A stretch of 64,000 bases of DNA from an uncultured Acidobacteriota bacterium. GTDB lineage: Bacteria > Acidobacteriota > Terriglobia > UBA7540. The stretch lies in contig CAWDSK010000008.1 in the NCBI GenBank assembly GCA_963804995.1, forward strand, positions 1-64,000. Reading direction: 5' to 3'. Both the position numbers and the translations under genes were made by a program. The notes beneath the pieces are model-generated. The model was not told where the DNA came from. It ran no database searches and saw nothing but the letters and a program-made list of their open reading frames with translations. Below, in pieces: positions 1 through 9,569 of the stretch. Every line of letters begins with the position of its first letter. Position 1 is the stretch's first letter.

Positions 1-43
1 AGTAGCAGCACCTTAACCCCGGGGGGAGGAGAAAGGGTACATG

Positions 44-142
44 GAACGTGTGAAAAAATGGACTTTAACAATTTTGGCACTCTGTATTTTCAACAATATA
101 CATTGTGGATAACGGGCCGAATATCAATTTTTTCACACGTTC
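44..142. mobile_element. MITE with perfect terminal inverted repeats (GAACGTGTGAAAAAA), nested in a GGTACCTGACACC hairpin repeat
   Basis: GGAACGTGTGAAAAAA (43-58) is the exact reverse complement of TTTTTTCACACGTTCC (128-143); the flanks rejoin to a repeat seen intact at 3426-3450. Confidence 0.7.
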
Positions 143-318
143 CTGACACCGTTTCCCCCCTTCTGTAACGTCCAGAGCCGATCAGCAGGTAGAATGCGGG
201 CGACAGCCGTTTCGACACGGCGCTAGAAGGCGAGACACGGACAAGGTTTGTTGGCGAAAAGACGCGGACCGCAAAAATGGCGGTCCGCGCTACTTGCTTG
301 CTGACTGGTAGATAATTC

Positions 319-885
319 ATGCCTGCATGGAAGCGACTAATTCTTATCTCTGGATCGTTCGGTATTGCCTTCGCCGTCACGATTTCGTGCATTTTCGCGC
401 TTGCAATGTGGTATAAGTCCCGACCTCAGCCCTGGGACAATGCCGCGCTAAAGGCTAGTTTCGCGACAATCGAACTCCAAACTCAACCCCAAAAAGATAC
501 CTACAATACGGAATTTGTGTACGATGTATACAACAATACCGAAAAGAACTACAAACTTGAACCCAATCGGTTGACTGTGATGGCCGTTCTAAGTGAAGGC
601 AATGTTCTCTCGAAAGACTTCGGTCATTACCAGGGTTCGGATGTTGTATTGGAGGGACCTGAATTCATTCCGCCACAAGGAAAAGCCAGAATCAAACTTC
701 GCATTTCCTATCAGTATCCTTCTACCTTTACGAACGGAGACAAAGACAACATAGAAAAAGTGTCCCAGTCCTTTAATAATAGGTTGAAGGAACTAAGCGG
801 GTTTGTCGTTTTTGATCAAGGAAATCACTATCGCATAGACATGCCGGAAAACTGGAAACAGTGGGACGCTCTCAAGTCGAAGTAG
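319..885 (+). CDS. Hypothetical protein with N-terminal membrane anchor
   Basis: 188-aa ORF, one hydrophobic N-terminal segment then a soluble domain; visibly AT-richer than the window. Confidence 0.8.
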   Translation: MPAWKRLILISGSFGIAFAVTISCIFALAMWYKSRPQPWDNAALKASFATIELQTQPQKDTYNTEFVYDVYNNTEKNYKLEPNRLTVMAVLSEGNVLSKDFGHYQGSDVVLEGPEFIPPQGKARIKLRISYQYPSTFTNGDKDNIEKVSQSFNNRLKELSGFVVFDQGNHYRIDMPENWKQWDALKSK

Positions 886-911
886 TTCGATCAAGACGAG
901 AATAGCCTTGA

Positions 912-1122
912 GAGAAACGGTGTCAGGTAGAGCGCCGGGATAAACCGGCATGCAGGGGGGTAGCGCAGAAGTAAGCGTAGTTTGCTTTCCTCTGCGGCTC
1001 GCAATATCGGAATCTCCACTTATTCGTTGCCAAGCAATGAGAAAGCGCCGCGGAGGAATTCGGCTCGGAGCCAAATACCTCCGCGCTACCGGCTCCCGCC
1101 CATTGCTCTGACACCGTTTCTC
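912..1122. repeat. GGTGTCAG-family inverted pair enclosing a GTAG-type REP doublet (959-1090)
   Basis: GAGAAACGGTGTCAG (912-926) and CTGACACCGTTTCTC (1108-1122) are a perfect 15-bp inverted repeat; inside is GGTAGCGCAGA...TCTGCG and CGCGGAGG...CCTCCGCGCTACC. Confidence 0.8.
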
Positions 1123-1130
1123 CCTTGCGA

Positions 1131-1523
1131 TTACTTTTCAGGCTTAAATTCAAGATCCTTAATGACTTCGAGTCCAAAGCCAGCGAGGTCTTTTGTTATC
1201 ATCTTGCGGCCGGCCCGGACCCTGATTCGCTTCTTAGGCCAAGCTATGGTATCTAACATTGTCTCGAGAACTGTGCCGCTTCCGCTCGGCCGAACCGCCA
1301 CATCACCGCGTAGAATCGCCCTCATTAGTACAAGGGCACCGCGGCGAGCGCCCTTCTTGTACCATCGGAGGGCCGTATTACTGATCTGGTCCTGTACGTC
1401 TTCAACGCCTTCCTGAGCGTAGAGGCTATCCGATTCGACAAGACCTTCTTTCTTAAACACCCTGAGAGCGTGTCTGATGCCAATAACCCTGTGCTTTTGA
1501 GAGTCATCATTTACGGCATGCAT
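1131..1523 (-). CDS. Hypothetical protein
   Basis: ORF with AGGAGGGAG RBS upstream of the ATG at 1523 (MHAVNDD...); no recognisable family. Confidence 0.65.
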   Translation of the reverse strand: MHAVNDDSQKHRVIGIRHALRVFKKEGLVESDSLYAQEGVEDVQDQISNTALRWYKKGARRGALVLMRAILRGDVAVRPSGSGTVLETMLDTIAWPKKRIRVRAGRKMITKDLAGFGLEVIKDLEFKPEK

Positions 1524-1741
1524 TATCGTCACTCCCTCCTGTACTACAGTGGTTAGTAATGAAGCGGATGCGCACACATTGAACCTGAAGCCGACGGAGG
1601 CACCAACGAAAACTCATTATACGTCAATCAAAGCCACGGTAGGATGGCAATGATTGAACGTCGCATGCGGCACCATCAGATCGGTATTAATATAAACACA
1701 GGCATTCCTGTGTGGGGAAATGGTTCGATGAGGGAGCAAGC

Positions 1742-3365
1742 ATGGAATTAAAAAAGAATTCTGACCCGTCTTTCGTTACATCACTTGAAACTCTGGAGAG
1801 TCGAGCGGACGCGTCTCGCGACAACCTGGAACTGTACTCGTTTCCAAGAAGTGTCGCCTCATGGGCAGTCCTCGTTTCTTTGGTAGTCGCAACTGAGCGG
1901 TTGCGTCAGGAACATGGCTACAAGAACTACGATGTGAATTTGATCAACCTCAGCATACGAGGCACTCTCGCGCTGCGGTGGGTCCAGGAGAGGGGAAAGG
2001 ATGCGAAATCAGAGGGGCAGACGTTTACGTGGACCCCCTCGCTGGCCAAAGCCGTCGATCAGGCCCTTGCAATCGCCGCCAATCATCAAGTCTTTTCGGA
2101 TTGCTTTTCGATGTGGCATCAGAACAGGGAGTTCGCCGAACTTCTCTCCGAGTTGACGGTTCGCTTTACTGCTCCAGGGGGAATGTCCGCACGACGCGTG
2201 TCAGCGTTCCATAAAGGCCTTCGACCCGTTTCCAGTCCGGTGCAGAACGAGGGGTTGGTACTCTCTCCGGACCAAGCGCGGGAAAGGGATGCTGCGTTTT
2301 CGCGCTGTTTCTTTGCCGGCCACCTAACGATGGCATATCCCGAACCGGCCGAGTTCTATCGATCACTGTTTCCTTCGTATCTCGAAAGGCTAGATGCAAT
2401 TTTTCGGCGCGCCGACTCACTAAACCTCGGCCCTTACACTGTCGGGGAGCTGAAGCGGGCCTTTGCCGCCCTCACGACGGTGCTTTCCGTACATGAAGAT
2501 TTCTGTTACCGGTTCGGCCTCCGATACGAGTACCCCGTGAACTCGTGTGTGATGATGCGCACGTCAGAAGAATGGGTGAGATTATTGGCGGAGATCGCGG
2601 GACTCGAACCTCCGAAATGCTCCGCGATTGTTGAGGACTTGACGCTCAGAGACAGATATTGGGACCTACACGTAGTACCCTTCATTACGGTCGAAGACAA
2701 TATCCTCGCCATCGCGCCGCAGTTCCCTCTTCATTCGAGGGCGGATGAGAATATCCTTCGCGTCTGCAACCACCGCAGGCAGGCATATTTCGCGGAAGCA
2801 GCCCGGATGAAGGAGCAGGAAATGCTCGATGATCTCCTTCCGCGGTGCCCGAAGAGCTTTTCGGCGGCCGTCCGAATCTCGCTCCCTGATCGCTTGCCCG
2901 ACATCGACCTTCTTCTTGTGGACGAAAAAGCTGAGGCAGTCATTGTGGCTGAATTGAAGTGGCTTTCGGAAGCCATCGTCACAGTGGAAGGAGCGAATCC
3001 ATCGAGAAGAAGACTTTGAGAAAGGAGTGCAACAGCTTTCGGACATCAGAACGTTCTTGCTGGCGAATCCGGGCTTTCTATTCGCCAGAGGCAAGCTGAA
3101 GAGGCCGCTCGATGAATACCGTCAAGTCGGTTTTGTATTTGTTGCTCGGGATTTCTTCCTGTGGCTGGACACTACTGATCTTATCCTGGCGGACTACGAA
3201 GTTTTCAAACAAGCCGTAGCTAAAACCACTGATCCTGCCGAGTTGATTGATAAGCTTACGGCTTACGACTGGCTGCCCGTCGAAGGTAAGCATTTTCGAG
3301 TCTCGTTCGATCCGGTCGGACTGAATGGGGTCACGCTTGAGTCAGAGATTTTCTATAGGGTTTAA
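1742..3365 (+). CDS. Hypothetical protein with C-terminal PD-(D/E)XK-like nuclease motif (frameshift near 2966)
   Basis: LPDIDLLLVD...VAELKW motif; removing one T at GGCTTTCGG joins ORF 1712-3019 to 3027-3365 (WLRKPSSQWKERIHREEDFEKGVQQL). Confidence 0.65.
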
Positions 3366-3382
3366 CTTTCTAGTTGTGGAGG

Positions 3383-3450
3383 GGAAAGGGTGCCAGAAGA
3401 AAAAGGGTGTCAGGGGAAAGAGAAGAAGGGTGTCAGGTACCTTTTCTCCC
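3383..3450. repeat. Cluster of three AAGGGTG(T/C)CAG REP-like units
   Basis: aaagggtgccag, aaagggtgtcagg and aagggtgtcaggtaccttttctccc in tandem between convergent genes. Confidence 0.75.
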
Positions 3451-3479
3451 GCAGAGCGTTGCTCTACGCCAGACTGCCT

Positions 3480-4443
3480 TCATTGGAATGCTAGGTGCCA
3501 TTCGTCCCACGTTGTACCCTGTGAGAGCACTCCTGCCTCGACACGTCCACGAATTTCCTCGCTATAGATTGAGCTCGGCCAGCTTCGCATTTGTCCTCGA
3601 CCAGAACCAGCTATGTTTGTCATCCGATAATAGTCAGCAAGGTCCCGCAGCGAAGGGTCCTCCCACGCGAGCTTTTGTGAAAGGTAGGAGATGAGAACGC
3701 CAATCGGAGTGAATTGCTCGAACCTGTCTGTCATCAGTTCGAGTATGCCCAATGTAACCAGAGCTTGCGGACCCGTTGGGGCCATGAATCGGTACCATAC
3801 GTGACCAGTCAGCTACCTGGCGCGGACCGACGAATGTGACCGTGAATGAGGTCCAGGCGGCGAGATCTGCAACACCCAGGAGGTCGAGTTGTAGGCGAGG
3901 GTGCGTTACATGCACTCCATCAGCCTCATGCAGGGCCTGTTCGATGTTTTGCTCGGGCGTCGAGTTTTCTCCCTTCCATGAATGGGAGTGCGCAAGTAAC
4001 CCATAGACAAGTGGTGAATGCAACTCCTTGTACGGTGTTCCAGCCCGATTTGGGAAGAGGCCCTTTATCTTGACGCAGTTCTGTACCGCCTCTGAAATAT
4101 GCAAGGCCTTCAGTGTAGTTTTGCACTCAAACGCGGCTGCAACTCCGGCCCCGAGATAGAGCTTTTTGTATAGCAGCTTTTTCGGATACGAACTTTTTAG
4201 AACGATTACATCAATTTGGGGGCTCGTATCACCCTTTTCATTGATGATTCGACCTTTCGTCACGACCTCGTACGTGCGGGGAAGCCATTCGCGTAACAGT
4301 TCGGCCCAATTCTCCTCCCCTTGATCCCCCGCGGTGCCTGGGTCCTCGGTGGCCCGCATCTGGATACGGTTGTACTCTTCGGACATCTCATTACTGATCT
4401 GTCGCATGAACTCGTACAAATCATGCGTTTTCTGTTGGGACAT
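3480..4443 (-). CDS. DUF6602-type putative PD-(D/E)XK nuclease (frameshift near 3730)
   Basis: DPGTAGDQGEENW...KGRII...SPQIDVIV...AAFECKTTL signature; the C-terminus continues in ORF 3480-3785. Confidence 0.75.
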
Positions 4444-4696
4444 ACCGTGCACCCTCAGCGCAGTTCTGCAGATGGGATTTTCTCACGCCCGAGGGGGGTC
4501 GGGCAACCGTAGGCGCTGTCAATTTAGGCGCGCCTTGCTAGAGGTCAATAATTCCCTCCAGCGGCGTACATGTCACCGGCTCGCTCTCACCTGATCGCGT
4601 AATCGGCTAGCCACGCATGGGAGAGGAAAGCGGTAGGAATACCGGGGCTGCCACCATATTTCCGATTTACCGGCGTCATAGCTTCCGCCGCCTCCC

Positions 4697-4847
4697 ACTA
4701 GGGATTAGGGATTGGGAATTAGGGTCCTGTAACCACCCCAGCGGGATGCCGCCGCCCCTCCTAAATCTTGTAACCACCCCCCGGCGCGAACGCGCCGCCC
4801 CCTTCCTTCACTGCGTTCAGGACAAGCTCTGAATCAGGAGGGGAGCC
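4697..4847. repeat. Mosaic of short repeats (AGGGATT heptamers; AACCACCCC...CCCCTCC...GGAGGGGAG hairpin units)
   Basis: agggattagggattgggaattaggg; taaccacccc twice; ccgccgcccctcct and tcaggaggggagc complementary segments. Confidence 0.5.
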
Positions 4848-4925
4848 TGTCCGCCCGTCCATTCGCCCTCGCAGCCTGTGGCGCGGAGGATTCGCCGGTT
4901 TTCCTCTGTGCCTCCGTGCCGCTGG

Positions 4926-5198
4926 TCAGCGGTAGGCTTCCTTGCGATGGCGGACGGCGGTGATGTCGATGGCGGTGGAGTTCTTTAGATCGAAGAAGAC
5001 GCGGTAATCGCCGCAACGAAGGCGGAAGCCAGTGAGCGGAGGCTTGAGTTTTTTTACCTCGCCGGTACGGTTAGCCAGGTAGCGATCCACGCAGTGGAGA
5101 ATCTCCAGGGCGGTGGCGCGGTCAAGGGCGCGGAGATCGGCGCGGGCCTCGGGCGCCCAGACGACGGCGATTCGCGGGCGTCTGGGCGATTCGGTCAT
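4926..5198 (-). CDS. Type II toxin, RelE/ParE family
   Basis: 90 aa with VKKLK...FRLRCGDYRVFF...AVRHRKEAYR motifs; 4-nt overlap with the upstream antitoxin. Confidence 0.9.
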   Translation of the reverse strand: MTESPRRPRIAVVWAPEARADLRALDRATALEILHCVDRYLANRTGEVKKLKPPLTGFRLRCGDYRVFFDLKNSTAIDITAVRHRKEAYR

Positions 5199-5437
5199 GA
5201 ACCGAACTCGCGCTGCATATCTTCGTGGGGAACGCCTTCCCCGCGAGCGAGGGAAGCACGGGCGCGCTCGAGCGCGGCGGCGGTGTCAGGTGTGATCTCT
5301 TCCTCTTCCATCGGAGCGGAAGCCAGCGAACGCGACAGCGGTTCCACCATCACTTCGAGCAAGCCGACCACGGCGGTGAGCTTTTCTTCGGGCAGCATGT
5401 CGAGCAGCGCGTGCGCGCGTTCTTTGGGGTTACTCAT
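5195..5437 (-). CDS. Cognate antitoxin
   Basis: 80-aa acidic ORF (MSNPKERAHALLD...GEGVPHEDM) translationally coupled to the toxin. Confidence 0.85.
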   Translation of the reverse strand: MSNPKERAHALLDMLPEEKLTAVVGLLEVMVEPLSRSLASAPMEEEEITPDTAAALERARASLARGEGVPHEDMQREFGS

Positions 5438-5553
5438 GAACCTTCCTCTCTCTCTATTGTAACGCAACTCACCTGCCGGGAGTAAACTCCCAGTATTGCC
5501 AACGCGATCCTGCCCGTGCTGACGGGGACGGTGGGGACCGACAGTGGGGACAG

Positions 5554-5702
5554 GAAGCTGTGAAAAAATAGACAATCTCGCGCAGAGGCGCTGAGGCGCA
5601 GAGATTTTAAGCAAATAACTGGTTTGTTTTCTTTGCAGCCTCTGCGCCTCTGCGTCTCTGCGCGAGATGCTTTTGCTCGTTTAGGGATTTCTTCACAGCT
5701 TC
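5554..5702. mobile_element. MITE (GAAGCTGTGAAAAAAT terminal inverted repeats, CAG duplication) carrying a CGCAGAG hairpin repeat
   Basis: GAAGCTGTGAAAAAAT...ATTTCTTCACAGCTTC, 1 mismatch; CAG on both sides; internal TCTCGCGCAGAG...CTCTGCGCGAGA stem. Confidence 0.7.
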
Positions 5703-5857
5703 CAGATACCTTTTTTCGCGCGCCCGCGCAAAACAAGCGGGGTAGCTCTTCGTTTGTTGGGCGCGGCTTCCGTTCACCGCTTATGTCCCCCCGGGAAACT
5801 GGATCACCACGTCAGGTGTCAAAGCCGTGTGTTAATAAAGCAGTGTATGTTTATCAT

Positions 5858-6086
5858 ATTAAGAACCGCAGAGTGTGAAAGGCATACACTCTGCGCTACC
5901 CGGTGTGCCGAGCATGTTCGACAGCTTGGACGTGAAAGCGGGGTAGCGCGGAGGTAGCGTCGTTCAGCTTCCTCCGCGGTTCTTAACATGGGAACATCAA
6001 CGACGTTAATAACATTCAAACACGAAACGTGACGGGCGCGCCAAGAGCCGCAGAGGAGCGCCAACAACGCGCACCTCTGCGCTACC
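5858..6086. repeat. GTAG-type REP cluster (single REP plus a REPIN-like doublet at 5942-6086)
   Basis: GGTAGCGCGGAGG...CCTCCGCGG and CCGCAGAGG...CCTCTGCGCTACC; the spacer shares TTAACATGG(G)AACATCAAC with the reverse complement of the copies at 8449 and 58514. Confidence 0.8.
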
Positions 6087-6408
6087 CGGCTCCGCTCGAT
6101 GCCCATTGCAGGGCGCTGTCGTTTTCATAAGCATTGTCGTTTTCATAAGCGTTAACGTCGGCGCCTCCTTCCAGGAGCAGTTTGGCCGCCTCGGCATGGC
6201 CCTCGCGTGCCGCCGCGATCAGGGCCCGGTTTTTCGCAGCGGGATTGACCCCCTGGGCCAGGATTTGCCGCACCGCCGCCGCGTCACCTTTGCCTGCCGC
6301 ATCGATCAATCGGTTGTCGAGGCTGCGCGTGTCCGCTGGCCCTGGTGCAAGCGCACATAACAACCAAAACCAAATGGAGAGATCGACCACCGTCGTGGTT
6401 CTGAGCAT
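6082..6408 (-). pseudogene. Secreted ankyrin-repeat protein, truncated at a REP
   Basis: Signal peptide plus ankyrin motifs (LIDAAGKGD, ALIAAAREGH...LLEGGADVN); stops mid-repeat at the TAG of a GTAG REP. Confidence 0.65.
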
Positions 6409-6549
6409 CGTTTCCTCCGCACCAGAATTGGCCAGCCCGGTGGTCTACAAAGCGGGTGAATCGGAGACGGTAACAAACGAGAACCCAAAAGAGAAGCCTT
6501 GCAAGAATACCTCGAGACATAGAGATCGGCGCTCCGAAGGGCAGCTCGG

Positions 6550-7797
6550 TCACACCTTCCACAGCACCAGCAAGCCGTCCTGCAACACGGCGAGCAGGCG
6601 GCCATCCGGGCTCAAGGCGAAAGACGAATTCAATTTAAATTCCCGGTCGCCCTCCAGATTCTGTACCGGAACCTGCGCCAGCAGCCGCCCGCTGGCCACC
6701 TCCCAGACGGCTATGGAATCCTCAATCTCCACCGTCCTGGTGCTCGGTCGTGTGAACTGCACCTCCTGGAATATGCTCCCGGGCGTCCGGCTTCGGTCCC
6801 AATTCACGGGCTCATGGTAGACCACGCTACGCAGCAACCGCACCGCCACGCGGCTTCCGTCCCGGCTTAACCGGTCCTGGGCCATCTCGGCCTGCAGACT
6901 CCGACCGGCGGGCGCCCGGCGGGTCCAGACCGTTTCCCCGGTCAATTTCCGCAGCGCAAGCTTATCTCTTGCGATTGCCAGAAAGCGCGTGCCATCCACC
7001 AGCGACGGCACAAAAACGGTATCTCCAAACGACAGGAGACGCTCCCTTTTCCCGCAGTACTCCTGGCGTTCTAGCACATAGGTCACATGGGGCTGGTCGC
7101 CTTCTTCCGCGGTAGTCAATTCCATGTCGTCCGTCATGACGCCCGTGTCATCAAGGAAGCTCGGTTCCTGGCAGTGTTTCAGGACCGTGAGCGTCTGCGC
7201 ATCCACCAGCATTGAAGTCTGGTCATTGATTCGAACCCGCACCGTGCGTCCCGTCGTGGAGCTCTGCAGGTACCAGCCTTCGTATTTCTTCTCTGCATCG
7301 CACAGCGCCAACTCGGCTGCCGGCCGGCCGTCGGCGCCCACCCGCATCAGCTTGTCATTCGCCACGAGCAGCAGTGCGCCATCCCCGGCCAGCCGCAAAT
7401 CCAGCCTTCCGAGCGACTGGGTGGGGAAGTCCATGGTGCGCTCCACTTCACCTTTGCCCCTGGCGTTCAGCACCAACACGCGCAACTTGTCGCCCGTGCC
7501 CCGAACCGCACTCTTCGGCGCTGCTCCGCTTGCCCAGATCGGCAGCCCGACGTAGACATGACCTTGCGCGTCCAAGGCGACCTCGCCCACGCCACGCCAG
7601 GCCACTCCGCCGGGTGGTCCCGAGATGAGCCATCCCTGGCGCTCGGGGTCGGGGTACTGCACAGACAGCTCATGCTGTGACATCCAGCCATAAGGCTTCA
7701 GCGATAGGGTCAAGAGCTTCGACTGCGCCCACCCGCTGCTTACGCCAAGCAGTAACAGTTCCATCAAGATTGCGTGTTTCCACCAGCGCACGCGCAT
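6550..7797 (-). CDS. Secreted hypothetical protein, probable beta-propeller
   Basis: Signal peptide ending GWA-Q; LSRDGSRVAV and FALSPDGRLLAV propeller-blade motifs. Confidence 0.75.
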   Translation of the reverse strand: MRVRWWKHAILMELLLLGVSSGWAQSKLLTLSLKPYGWMSQHELSVQYPDPERQGWLISGPPGGVAWRGVGEVALDAQGHVYVGLPIWASGAAPKSAVRGTGDKLRVLVLNARGKGEVERTMDFPTQSLGRLDLRLAGDGALLLVANDKLMRVGADGRPAAELALCDAEKKYEGWYLQSSTTGRTVRVRINDQTSMLVDAQTLTVLKHCQEPSFLDDTGVMTDDMELTTAEEGDQPHVTYVLERQEYCGKRERLLSFGDTVFVPSLVDGTRFLAIARDKLALRKLTGETVWTRRAPAGRSLQAEMAQDRLSRDGSRVAVRLLRSVVYHEPVNWDRSRTPGSIFQEVQFTRPSTRTVEIEDSIAVWEVASGRLLAQVPVQNLEGDREFKLNSSFALSPDGRLLAVLQDGLLVLWKV

Positions 7798-7816
7798 CGC
7801 ACACCTCTCCGCTTTG

Positions 7817-8383
7817 CTACTCCGGTGCCCGATCGACTGCCCCAACCGCTACCAGTTGTGCGCATACCCGGGAGTGAGTTTTAAGAGGCTGTTCCCGTAG
7901 GGCGCGTAGTATCCGGGGCCGTCGGGCCCCACCTGCGAATAATCCTTGCTCGGGCGTTCCAGAACCTCCCGTTAGCGCGCCGGACGGGAAGATCGAATAG
8001 CCGGCATAGGCCATGCGGTCGCCACTCGCGAAGTCCGCACCGAAGCCCGCACGTTGGGCGTTTTCGTCAAGAACCGACCAGCCCGGAGGCCCGACCGCCG
8101 CACAGTACTGACCTTGGAAGGGCTGCACTTTGAGCGAAGCTGGGTGGGCATTGCCTGACCTGCGCTGGTAGGGACGAGTACCCCCGTCTGCGTCCTTAGC
8201 CGAACGCTTATCCGAGTTTAATTGATCGGACGAACCGCCACCCACTCCGGGCGGCTCGACAGGAAGGACCACCTTTCCCGATCGAACATGCCGAATAGGA
8301 ACTACCCCAACAAAGATGATGATCAAAAACGCTGCCAGCCTGAAACCCTTTCCACGAGAAGCCGGCCGAGATTCGCTTTTCAT
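7817..8383 (-). CDS. Membrane-anchored hypothetical protein, possibly truncated
   Basis: ATG with AGGGGA RBS, N-terminal TM helix; the C-terminal part looks degenerate. Confidence 0.5.
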   Translation of the reverse strand: MKSESRPASRGKGFRLAAFLIIIFVGVVPIRHVRSGKVVLPVEPPGVGGGSSDQLNSDKRSAKDADGGTRPYQRRSGNAHPASLKVQPFQGQYCAAVGPPGWSVLDENAQRAGFGADFASGDRMAYAGYSIFPSGALTGGSGTPEQGLFAGGARRPRILRALREQPLKTHSRVCAQLVAVGAVDRAPE

Positions 8384-8448
8384 GTAAGTCCCCTTCGAGG
8401 AAGTTTGTAGTGGAATGGAACGCGCGGACTGACCGCGAGCAACGAGCA

Positions 8449-8594
8449 GGTAGCGCAGACGTACGCGTTGTTTGCGTTCGTCTGCGGCCCTTCAATGGCC
8501 CACGGTATGTCCTCTAGGGATATTAATGCCGTGGTTGATGTTTCCATGTTAAGAGCCGCGGAGGAGGGCAAAAGGCGCCCACCTCCGCGCTACC
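8449..8594. repeat. GTAG-type REP doublet (REPIN-like)
   Basis: Near-identical to 58514-58661 over ~146 bp; GGTAGCGC...GCGCTACC termini. Confidence 0.85.
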
Positions 8595-8661
8595 TGCTAC
8601 CCCGCTCAATCCGCCAACGTCGGTCCGACGTTGACCAGGGCTTAGGTTAACGCCTATGCCC

Positions 8662-9276
8662 CTACATTCCACGCAACTCCCGGACCAACTCGGTGACGGA
8701 ATCGCAATCCTGGAAAATGCGGATTCCCGCAATCCCTGCGGCGCCGTTCTCCCGGCACATATGCACGCGGGCCGCGTCAATTCCGCCCAGAGCGATGACC
8801 GGGATTGTTACTTGCGCAGTCACTTCGTGCAGCGTGGCGATTCCCAGGGGTGGACCATAGGGAAGCTTGGAGGGAGTTTCAAAAATGGGGCCCAGCAGAA
8901 TGTAATCAGCGCCCGCAGCCTCGGCAGACAGCGCCTCGGTGAGCGAGTGGCAGGAAATTCCAATCAAGAAACCTTCGGGCGCCAGGCGGCGCGCCACTTC
9001 CGCCGGCATCGATCGGGACCCCAGATGCACGCCATCCGCCTTCGCGGCCAGCGCTACGTCCAGGCGATCGTTCACCATCACTCGGGTGCGCCGGGAATAT
9101 GCCTGGGCCTGCTGCACGGCGGCCTGTGTCAGATTGAGCAGGCTCCGGGCGGGCAAATCCTTTTCACGGATTTGTACCCAATCCACTCCCGCGGCGATGG
9201 CCTTTCGGATGCATGCGTCGAGCGGCTGCAATTTAAGTTGGGTGCGATCCGTAATGTAGTAGAGCTGCAAATTCAC
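8662..9276 (-). CDS. thiE: Thiamine-phosphate synthase (ThiE/TenI family)
   Basis: LYYITDR, VQIREKD, VNDRLDVA, GVHLG, SCHS, GPIFETPSK and ALGGI motifs. Confidence 0.9.
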   Translation of the reverse strand: MNLQLYYITDRTQLKLQPLDACIRKAIAAGVDWVQIREKDLPARSLLNLTQAAVQQAQAYSRRTRVMVNDRLDVALAAKADGVHLGSRSMPAEVARRLAPEGFLIGISCHSLTEALSAEAAGADYILLGPIFETPSKLPYGPPLGIATLHEVTAQVTIPVIALGGIDAARVHMCRENGAAGIAGIRIFQDCDSVTELVRELRGM

Positions 9277-9569
9277 GGATGTGCCTCAAACGCCCCTGCG
9301 GGAACCAGGGTTGGGCAGCGCGGAGGTTTGCCCAACGCAGGGGCGGGGGTCGAGATTATGGTGGCGGAGACGGACATGAAAAACTCACCACAGAGGGCAC
9401 GGAGGTCACGGAGTACGAACTGGGACAAAGCCGTGGGTTAACAAACCAGACTGTCCCACATGTTGCTCTCCGCGGGGCATAGCGAGCGAGGTCCCACTTA
9501 ATTCCCTACCTTCATGCGTTTTTTTCCTATGACTTTTTACTTGTGGTTCCGTCGCACTCTGCTAATAGT

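Noticed and set aside
160..260. attC site / integron for the orphan genes
   Set aside because: No convincing complementary RYYYAAC/GTTRRRY boxes, no integrase, and the genes are in mixed orientation.
9291..9345. Hairpin upstream of thiE as a TPP riboswitch
   Set aside because: No CTGAGA or other TPP core motifs on the minus strand; it is a simple CGCCCCTGCG inverted repeat.
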